DNA of 64,000 nucleotides from an uncultured Candidatus Saccharibacteria bacterium (GTDB lineage Bacteria; Patescibacteriota; Minisyncoccia; Phycocordibacterales; Phycocordibacteraceae). Shown piece by piece: positions 40,319-48,300 of this stretch. The notes below the pieces were generated by a model that made no database searches, was not told where the DNA came from, and saw only the letters and a list, made by a program, of their open reading frames with translations. The position numbers and the translations under genes were made by a program. Every line of letters begins with the position of its first letter. The first letter of the stretch is position 1. The stretch is from assembly GCA_964507275.1 (NCBI GenBank), contig CAZDPG010000001.1:20958-84957 (forward strand). Direction: 5' to 3'.

Positions 40319-41634
40319 TGAAGGGTGTGGACAAAGCGAATGCTGCTAGGCGGTTCGGGCGTATCATCGCCGATGCAGTTTTCGGACCCTCTCTGCCGCC
40401 TGCTGAACACTCCAGTGCCGACATTGCTTCGGCGCCTGCGACACTTCCTGTCGTGTCGAAAAAGGCGACTATGACGACCGGCACTGTGTGTCCGTATTGC
40501 AATTCAAGCGACTTCGTCAAGCGCGGGATACGGCAGAAGAAGCATGAGGCGGTACAGCTCTACTTGTGTCGAAATACGGAATGCGGCCGCACATTTACTG
40601 CCGAGAGAGTGAAAGGGAAAAGATTCCCGCTCTCGGTGATACTGGAGGGCATCAGCTATTACAACTTGGGGTTAACGCTCGAGCAGACCTGCCATATTTT
40701 GGAAGAAAAATTCAAAGATATTTTGCCGCCGACGCCAGCCACGCTGGCGTCGTGGGTGGAAGAATATAAACCGATTTGCAGGTTTGAGCGCATGCGCCCC
40801 TACGCTATCAAGCTCTTCCCGCCGCAGAAGATGATCGAGGTGGTCTCTATGGCGCATCGCCAGCTCTATCGTTTCCGCTACCACCGCGCCAAGACCCTGC
40901 TCTCGATGGAAGAGTTCAGGAATCGCCGCTTCGGGCGGCTGAAGGAATATCTGGACAACGTGTCGAGCGAGACGCCGCACCAATATTTCGCCGACGGCGA
41001 GCGCATGAGCGAGATCCGGAGCAAGTTCGATAAGACAGACATGATAGTGAAGAGTAAATCGAATTTCGCGAACAAGACCGCCGAATTCGTCTTGCGGAGC
41101 GTGACTGATAATAAAGACCGCCACGAGGCGCTCCAGCGCTTCATGATCGCGAACGACTCGGTGACGGTGGCGACCGAGGTACCGGTGTATATACGGAGAG
41201 AAGACGTGGAGCATATGGAGAATGAATTGAAGTTCAAGATTACGCGTCCCAGTGCCGATTTTGACGGGAGCATTGAGCCGGCCATCCTGCTCAAGGGAGA
41301 CAAGCAACTGCGCCAATTTCCTAAATTATTAACGGGGCACATCGACTTCGTGCAAATCAGGAACGGTATGGTGCACATCCTCGATTACAAGCCGAACGCG
41401 AGCAAGGAGAAGCCGATTGAGCAACTAACGTGGTATGCACTCGCGCTCTCGCGCCTCACCGGCCTGCGACTCTTCGAGTTCAAGTGCGCATGGTTCGATG
41501 ATAAGGATTTCTACGAGTTCTATCCTCTGCATATCGTCAAGAAATTACAGCCGAAGAAGCGGGCACGGAAGGTGCATTACCGCGACGGCAGCGTGGCAGA
41601 GGTGCCGCGCGAAGACGTGCTTAAAGTTGCATAA
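40291..41634 (+). CDS. InsA-like Zn ribbon + HTH + RecB-like PD-(D/E)XK nuclease (true start may be later, e.g. 40471)
   Basis: CPYC.S..FVKRG...YLC..ECGRTF; TEVPVY; TGHIDFVQ..ILDYKP..EQL.WYALAL. Confidence 0.8.
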   Translation: MISPRDKKSMKGVDKANAARRFGRIIADAVFGPSLPPAEHSSADIASAPATLPVVSKKATMTTGTVCPYCNSSDFVKRGIRQKKHEAVQLYLCRNTECGRTFTAERVKGKRFPLSVILEGISYYNLGLTLEQTCHILEEKFKDILPPTPATLASWVEEYKPICRFERMRPYAIKLFPPQKMIEVVSMAHRQLYRFRYHRAKTLLSMEEFRNRRFGRLKEYLDNVSSETPHQYFADGERMSEIRSKFDKTDMIVKSKSNFANKTAEFVLRSVTDNKDRHEALQRFMIANDSVTVATEVPVYIRREDVEHMENELKFKITRPSADFDGSIEPAILLKGDKQLRQFPKLLTGHIDFVQIRNGMVHILDYKPNASKEKPIEQLTWYALALSRLTGLRLFEFKCAWFDDKDFYEFYPLHIVKKLQPKKRARKVHYRDGSVAEVPREDVLKVA

Positions 41635-41636
41635 AT

Positions 41637-42107
41637 ATGACGATGAACTACGCACAATCCAAATATAAGACGGCGTTTACGCCGAGGAAACCGGTGAAAA
41701 CCTTCCGTGACCTGGACATCTATCAGAAGACGATGGAATGCTCCGTCATTGTGGTGAAGAGTATCCGTCCGAAATTAGTTACGCTGAAGTACCCGTTTCT
41801 AGAGGGTGTCACCGACTGCGCGATGACGGTCCCGCTCTCTATTGGCGAAGCGCACTCTATCCGCTTTGGCGACTTCGCAAAGGGTCTCGCGCTTCTGGAG
41901 AAAGCGATGTCCGGCTGCAACAAGATGATCATCTACCTAGAACACATCAAGGGCATGTATGGGGCCAAGGTGGATGTCGACATATTGGATGAGATCGTCG
42001 CCCGGTATGCCGAGAGCCGGACAAAGACCTTTCATCTGGAGCAATCGTGGAAGAAGTGGAATACTGCGCCACGAGAGGTCGGTGCGCCAGGCAAAGTCAG
42101 GCTATAA
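41637..42107 (+). CDS. Four-helix-bundle protein (23S rRNA intervening-sequence protein/Avd-like fold)
   Basis: TFRDLDIYQK and VPLSIGEAH resemble the family motifs; size fits. Confidence 0.75.
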   Translation: MTMNYAQSKYKTAFTPRKPVKTFRDLDIYQKTMECSVIVVKSIRPKLVTLKYPFLEGVTDCAMTVPLSIGEAHSIRFGDFAKGLALLEKAMSGCNKMIIYLEHIKGMYGAKVDVDILDEIVARYAESRTKTFHLEQSWKKWNTAPREVGAPGKVRL

Positions 42108-42108
42108 T
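42103..42108 (+). promoter_or_regulatory. -10 box for the C-intein ORF (leaderless type)
   Basis: TATAAT 9 nt before ATG 42118; same geometry as many genes in this window. Confidence 0.6.
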
Positions 42109-42117
42109 ATCATTATC

Positions 42118-43662
42118 ATGCTTTCATCACTTAAGAAAATGCGTGGAGATAAGAGAGGTTGGTACAAGGTATCTGATCTCGTGGAAGGTCTGGAAGTCGC
42201 CGTGCCGTCAAAAGAAGGCGAGCTTATCTGGGACGAGATCGTCTCCATACGACCTGTCGGACGGGAGCACGTCTACGATATCGAGGTCGATGGCACGCAC
42301 AACTTCGTCGGCAACGGCATCTTCGCGCACAACACGTACATGCTGCGAGCGAGCACCACGCTCGCCGTCACCGGTGAGGTACATGCAAACTCTTTCATTT
42401 CTCCATTTGGGGATGTCGCAGGCGCAGAGGCGGCATCGGGCATCGGGACGACGACGCTCATGGCGGAGATACCATCGGCCGTTCTGACGGCCGATGGACT
42501 GGGCGTAGACCTCTACAAGCTCGCAACCTATAACCTTACGGCCGGAAACGCTCTCGCCGCTCGTATGGACGCCGAAGAAGTGCGCGTAACTTCACTTGAA
42601 ACGCGCGTGGAGGCGCTCGAGAGCGGGGCAGTCTCTTCGGCAAGCGGCTCGCCGATTACCTTCTCGACGTCATCGCTCGCAAGCGCACTCGAGGGATTCG
42701 GCGTACTCATCCGGAATGGTATCGCGCAGTTCAATACGCTCGTGTTCCGCCAGCTCGTGGCAAGCCGTGACGCCGATGGCACGAGCAGTGCCGGCAGCGT
42801 GACGATTATCGGCGGGAACACGATTGCGCAGGTGACGAATTCGCTCGTGATGCCATCAACCAAGGTCTTCGTCACCTTCAACTCGTCGGTCATCGGCAGT
42901 TGGTGGGTCTCGGACAAGACGAACGGCTCGTTCCGCGTAGTGCTCTCTGAGCCGCAGTCGGGCGATGTGTCCTTCGATTACTTCCTCGTGCAGACGGAAG
43001 GGCAGATTGCGACGTCGACGCCGACGGTGAGCTCAGGATCATCGTCAAGCAGCGGCGGACTCGACACAACGGCCCCGATCATCACGCTCCTTGGCGATAA
43101 CCCGCTCCATCTCTCAGTCGGTGGGTCATTCGTCGAACCGGGAGTCACGGTCACGGATAATGTCGACGCTTCCGTTCCATATATCACCTTCGTAAACGGC
43201 ATTGAGATGGAAGCATCCGCAGGATCAATCGATACCTCGGTTCAGACGACGTACATCATCACGTACTCTGCGACAGATACGCGCGGCAACCTGGCTACAG
43301 CGACACGTTCGGTCATAATCGGTAGCGCAACCGCTCCAGGCGACACGGGTAGCACGCCACCAGTGTCTGCCGACACGACCGCTCCGGTGGTAACACTCAC
43401 TGGTGAGGCAGCGATGCAGCTCACGGTGGGGGATACGTTCACCGATCCTGGCGCGACAGCGACTGACGATACTGACGGCGACATCACTTCGAGCATCACC
43501 GTCTCTGGTGCAGTCGACACCGCGACCGAGGGCTTCTACACGCTCACCTACACCGCGACTGACGCCGCCGGCAACACCGGCTCGGTCTCTCGCGTCGTGA
43601 CCGTCGTCGCGGCTGCCGCTCCTGCGCCCGCACCTGCTCCAGAACCCGCACCAGCTATATAA
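42118..43662 (+). CDS. C-intein (72 aa) fused to a 442-aa C-extein with two DUF5011-like Ig domains and a Pro/Ala tail
   Basis: GWYKVSDLVEG, WDEIVSI, VYDIEVDGTHNFVGNGIFAHN/T; two DTTAP[IV][IV]TL.G domains; upstream ATG 41959 overlaps the previous gene and is unlikely. Confidence 0.88.
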   Translation: MLSSLKKMRGDKRGWYKVSDLVEGLEVAVPSKEGELIWDEIVSIRPVGREHVYDIEVDGTHNFVGNGIFAHNTYMLRASTTLAVTGEVHANSFISPFGDVAGAEAASGIGTTTLMAEIPSAVLTADGLGVDLYKLATYNLTAGNALAARMDAEEVRVTSLETRVEALESGAVSSASGSPITFSTSSLASALEGFGVLIRNGIAQFNTLVFRQLVASRDADGTSSAGSVTIIGGNTIAQVTNSLVMPSTKVFVTFNSSVIGSWWVSDKTNGSFRVVLSEPQSGDVSFDYFLVQTEGQIATSTPTVSSGSSSSSGGLDTTAPIITLLGDNPLHLSVGGSFVEPGVTVTDNVDASVPYITFVNGIEMEASAGSIDTSVQTTYIITYSATDTRGNLATATRSVIIGSATAPGDTGSTPPVSADTTAPVVTLTGEAAMQLTVGDTFTDPGATATDDTDGDITSSITVSGAVDTATEGFYTLTYTATDAAGNTGSVSRVVTVVAAAAPAPAPAPEPAPAI

Positions 43663-43665
43663 GGT

Positions 43666-44514
43666 ATGCGTAATGAAACTACAATGGAAACAACAAAGAT
43701 AGTTTTGTTCAAGAACAAAAAAGTTCGCAAGATACTGTACCAAAATGAGTGGTATTTTTCGGTGGTTGATATTATCGAGGCTCTGACCGACAGTGCTAAG
43801 CCAAGGGATTATTGGTACGCGATGAAGATTCGAGTGCAAAGTGAGGATGGAATTCAGTTGTCTACAATTTGTCGGCAACTGAAATTGCCGTCCTCGGATG
43901 GTAAGAAATACGAAACTGATTGCGCAAACACTGAAGATGCGTTTCGTATCGTTCAATCCATCCCTTCTCCCAAAGCCGAGCCCTTCAAGCGATGGCTCGC
44001 CAGAGTGGGGTATGAGCGCGTGCAGGAGATAGAAAATCCGGAGCTTGCGACCAAACGGACGAGGATGCTCTACAAGCTCAAGGGGTATAGCGAAGACTGG
44101 ATCGAGAAGCGTATGCGCGGTATTGTCATCCGCGAAGAATTGACCGACGAATGGCAGAAGCGCGGCGCGCAGGAAGAGAGGGATTACGAGATCCTGACCG
44201 CTGAAATATCTAAAGCGACATTCGGTGTCACGCCGAGTGAGTACAAGAAGTTGAAAGGGCTAAAGCGCGAAAACCTGCGCGATCACATGGACGACTTCGA
44301 ACTTATTTTCAACATGCTCGGCGAGCGGGCCACGACCGAGATTCATCGCACCGAAGACTCGAAAGGCGTCGCGAAGCTCGCTAGCGACGCCAAAGCCGGC
44401 GGCGCAATCGCGGGCGGAGCGCGGAAGAAGTTGGAGAAGCGTCTCGGACGATCTGTCGTGACGAAAAAGAATTTCCTGAAGGGCGGGGAACGTGAGAAGA
44501 GACTTTCAAAATGA
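43666..44514 (+). CDS. BRO-N domain protein (phage antirepressor-like)
   Basis: WYFSVVDII, QSIPSPKAEPFKRWLA, ENLRDHM. Confidence 0.85.
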   Translation: MRNETTMETTKIVLFKNKKVRKILYQNEWYFSVVDIIEALTDSAKPRDYWYAMKIRVQSEDGIQLSTICRQLKLPSSDGKKYETDCANTEDAFRIVQSIPSPKAEPFKRWLARVGYERVQEIENPELATKRTRMLYKLKGYSEDWIEKRMRGIVIREELTDEWQKRGAQEERDYEILTAEISKATFGVTPSEYKKLKGLKRENLRDHMDDFELIFNMLGERATTEIHRTEDSKGVAKLASDAKAGGAIAGGARKKLEKRLGRSVVTKKNFLKGGEREKRLSK

Positions 44515-44518
44515 AATC

Positions 44519-44731
44519 ATGAGCGACACTTATTACATCAAGAATTTAACATGCGCTTATTGCGGCAAGGATAACGACTTTGAAGAGGAGTCAGCGAAAT
44601 TCGGCAATGTCGGCCTGCCATATGCTTTTGAGTTTGGCGGGGAGTTTGTCTGCAATGGGTGCAAGAAGGAGAATAAGATAGTGATGGATTTTGTTGCTGT
44701 TAAATCTGAGTCGCACAGGAAGTCGGAATAA
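44519..44731 (+). CDS. Small Zn-ribbon hypothetical protein
   Basis: CAYC...CNGC; tightly packed between neighbours. Confidence 0.65.
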   Translation: MSDTYYIKNLTCAYCGKDNDFEEESAKFGNVGLPYAFEFGGEFVCNGCKKENKIVMDFVAVKSESHRKSE

Positions 44732-44735
44732 GGTT

Positions 44736-45185
44736 ATGGAAAAAGATTTTGACGGATGGAATGAAGTAAAGAAGCAGGCGCACGAAAACAAAATGTCGCA
44801 TGAATCTTTTCCGAAAGAGAGGGAAGTCTGGTGGTGTTCTGTTGGCGTAAATGTAGGAGTAGAAACAGACGGGAAGAATGACACTTTCGAACGTCCGATT
44901 TTGATTGTGCGTATTTTTAATAAAGAAATGCTTTGGGCGGTCCCAATCACTTCAACGGTAAAAGATTCACCATTTTACTATCCTTTCTTATTCAAAAATG
45001 AAGATCGCTCGGTGATACTGACACAACTTCGTGTGATGAGTACGAAGCGATTGCGACGGCGGGTTGATGTGATGTCAGAAGAAGACTTTAAGAATGTGAT
45101 TGAAGCACTTGGAAATCTGCTAAAAGCGAAACCCCTCCACAAGGGAGAGGTTTCTCGGAGGCCGAAGCCACTAATAAAGCCATGA
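44736..45185 (+). CDS. PemK/MazF-like toxin
   Basis: KDFDGWNE.KK, EREVWWC..G.NVG.E.DG, FERPILI, VPITS, QLRVMS.KRL. Confidence 0.85.
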   Translation: MEKDFDGWNEVKKQAHENKMSHESFPKEREVWWCSVGVNVGVETDGKNDTFERPILIVRIFNKEMLWAVPITSTVKDSPFYYPFLFKNEDRSVILTQLRVMSTKRLRRRVDVMSEEDFKNVIEALGNLLKAKPLHKGEVSRRPKPLIKP

Positions 45186-45209
45186 TACTCCCTCAGAACA
45201 AAAAGTCAA
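45122..45209 (-). ncRNA. Putative antisense small RNA and promoter at the 3' end of PemK-like gene 1
   Basis: Minus strand TTGACT(45209-45204)-16nt-TATCAT(45187-45182); two hairpins and a U tail. Confidence 0.5.
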
Positions 45210-45224
45210 TGCAGGTGTGGATAA

Positions 45225-45259
45225 GAACAGTGTCAAACACTCGGTGTTTGACACTGTTC
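45225..45259. repeat. Perfect 16-bp-arm hairpin (REP-like)
   Basis: gaacagtgtcaaacac-tcg-gtgtttgacactgttc. Confidence 0.9.
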
Positions 45260-45329
45260 GGCGCGATGCTGTTCGCGTTCATCGTCGCGGCACCGGCAGC
45301 CGGTGCCGCGGGCATGTCATAATCAAACT

Positions 45330-48300
45330 ATGAGTTCAATTTTTAATATTCAAAAATCATTTCGAATTTCCCTCGGCTCGCCGAAGCTGTATGCGAAGGG
45401 GGCGATATTCGTACTCGCTGCTATGTGGCTCGCGCTCCCGTCTGCGGTGAGCGCGGCCACGATCACTGCGTCGCTCAAGCCTGCATTTCAGGCGGACCTC
45501 ACGTCGACACTCAAGCTTCAGGCGGGCTCAGGGAGCCCGACCTTCACTCGTGCCACTACAGCGTATGTGCAGGACTTCGAGGGTGTGCTCAGGCCCGTTC
45601 TCTCCGGCGAAGCCCGCTTCCAGGGGGCGCGACGCGTTCGCAATCGTCTCCTCAATACGACTGGGGCTGCGTTTAGTGCTGGTACGGGGAGTTCACCAAC
45701 CATAACTTCTAACTCCAGTACGGCTCCGGATGGGACGTTGACAGCCACTCGTGTGCAGATGGCTCTCAATGGGGGAAGCACCACTAATGATAGATCAGGA
45801 ATTCTTTTTACGATTCCCAATGAGGGGGCCGGCACGGTGATTAGCTCGGTCTGGCTCAAAGCTAATTCAGGATCGCCGACCATTCAGTTCCGTTCTGCAC
45901 TGGGGGTCGCAGGGATTACTCTAACCAATACGTGGCAACGCTATGCGGTGCCTGGTCCTATCACAGTCTCAGAGTCGCTGTATATCTGGCTGCGAGGTGC
46001 ACAAGGGACAAGCGACAGTGCTGATATATCGGTGTGGCATCCTCAAGTAGAAACTACCACCACGGGTCAATCCAACCAGAACCCGTCCGAATACGTGTCC
46101 ATCGGCACTCTTTCCGCTCCATATCACGGCGCGAATGTCGATGGTGTGAAGTATTTCTCCACGATGAACGGTAATACCGTCTCGTCGTCATACGTTGTTA
46201 CCGAAGCCACCGGTCCGGCCATTAACAGCAGTACCGCAAAGTTTGCTCAGTTGCCGGGCACGAGCGGAAGTTACTTCAGCACGCCAGATAGTTCTGTGAA
46301 CAGCATCACGGGAGATATCGACATACGCGCATACGTCGCGCTCGATGATTGGACGCCTACAGCGTTTCAGACTCTAGTAGCGAAGGATACTGCTAGTGGC
46401 AGGTCGTATACGTTTGGCGTGGATTCTACTTCCTCAGGGGCTCTTTATTTCCAATTCACTACCGATGGAGTGAACGTGCTAACTCCGGCCACTTCTAGTG
46501 CGGTAAACACATTTGCAAATGGAACAGCGCACTGGGTGCGTATGACACACAATCCTGTAACTGGGAAAGTGAATTTCTATACGTCCGAGGATGGAGCTAC
46601 TTGGACTTCTCTTGGAGTAGAACAGACGGTGACGGTAGGGACAGTGGCAGATACATCGTCGCCGATGTCACTCGGTGCATTTGGAACAAATGGGACCCTC
46701 CTCCCTATGTCGGGAAAACTTTATCGCACTCAGGTCTACAATGGCATCGCAGGGACTCTCGCTGTGAACTTCAATCCGAATACCTGGGCTTCCGGTTCGA
46801 CGTGGACTGCCGGGACCACGGGAGAGACGTGGACTATCAGCGGCGGTGCGAGCGTCTTTGCTGGTACCGGTCTCTGGGACTCTGCGGGACCATTCGGATA
46901 TTTCGCCGAAGGAACGCGGACGAATCTCGCGTTGCAAAGCAACGCCCTCACGACAACCTGGTTAGCGGTACAATCGCCATCGGCAACTCAGAATGTCACA
47001 GGACCGGATGGTGTGGCAAATAGTGCATGGACACTGACGGACAACAGCGCGAGCCTCGCAGAATATGTCCAACAGAACATAACACTGACAGCGGCCACCT
47101 ACACGCAGTCGTGGTATATCAAGAAAACAACAGGAGCACAGACAAGCTATCCGCTCATGATTGCAAATAGTAATACGAAGCTGGCAGCAGCAACTATTGA
47201 TACCACCAATGGCATCGCGACCGTCTGGACGGCGTACACCGGATTCACTGTTGTGACGTCGAGCGCGACATGCTCAAGCGCCAGTGCCTCCTGGTGGCGT
47301 TGTCAGTTAACCTTTGATTCCACGGCAGAAAGTTGGGTTCATTACGCCCATCCGGCCGGTGCAACGAGCGCGACCCAGAGCTCTGGAGTCTGGGATGTGT
47401 CTGCCCAAGGTTCCGCCGTGTTCTATGGCGGGCAGGTTGAGCTTGGATCTTTCGCCTCCTCCTACATTCCCACGACCACGGGCTCGGCGACCCGTAATGC
47501 GGATGTGTTGTCGTATCCCACAAGCCGGAATATAAGCGGGTCGCTCGGGACGGCGTACGCTGAGCCATCAGCTTCCTATACGGCCTCGGCCTGGCCATCC
47601 GTCACCGTCGTGCAGAGCATCATCCTCGGCGGAAACCCCGGTGTGATCATGTACGGGCACACGTCGTCGCTCCGATTCTACGACGGGACGGCAGAGAGGA
47701 CTCTAGCGACATTTACACCGACCACCGCGCTCTCTCGGGTCGCTGTCGTGTGGGGCGGAAATGCGAGGTCTGTCCTTAATGGGACGGTCGGAACGGCGCA
47801 ATCATTCGATGGTGATATCGGTCTCGGCTCAAATCTCTATATAGGGAGCTTCACCGGCGGTCTGTACCCGTGGTTCGGAACCATCCGTGGTGTGAAAGTG
47901 TGGCCGAAGGCGCTTACGACTTCGCAGCTCACGGCAATGACGACCTCCAGCTCAGCGACCTCTCGTGCTGCGATACCGCAGACGACCGTGAAAGCTCCGA
48001 CCAAGACTGGTCTCGTCGGCGCATGGACGTTTGACGAAGGGACCGGTACCAAAGCGAATGATTCTTCAGGGCTTGGGCATACAGGCACCCTCGCGGGCGG
48101 TCCGACATGGGCTACTGGCAAGCTCGGCAAAGCGCTGAACTTCGATGGTACGAATCAATACATGAGCGCCGGAACTGCGACCTTAAACCTCGGAAACAAT
48201 CTTTCTGTCGGCTTCTGGATTAAACCGGCGAGCGCTGGGTGGGGCTCTGGGGTGACGAACAGGGGGATTATCGGAAAGGGATCACCAGGCTCTTTCTGGA

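Noticed and set aside
40291-41634. IS1/IS1595 transposase
   Set aside because: Only the Zn ribbon and HTH resemble InsA; the C-terminus is a RecB-type nuclease rather than DDE, and no terminal inverted repeats or target duplication were found
41637-42107. Diversity-generating retroelement (Avd-like gene next to a giant surface gene)
   Set aside because: No reverse transcriptase in the window, and no repeat pair differing only at adenines; the internal repeats differ at synonymous sites of all kinds
41959-42117. Longer N-terminus for the C-intein ORF
   Set aside because: Overlaps the four-helix-bundle gene in another frame and shows no Hint-like sequence; TATAAT supports ATG 42118
39580-42150. 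Group II or group I intron restoring a contiguous intein
   Set aside because: No GUGYG start, domain V hairpin, maturase or recognisable group I core seen; the insert is almost fully coding and the C-half has its own -10 and ATG. Not strictly excluded without RT-PCR or a covariance-model search
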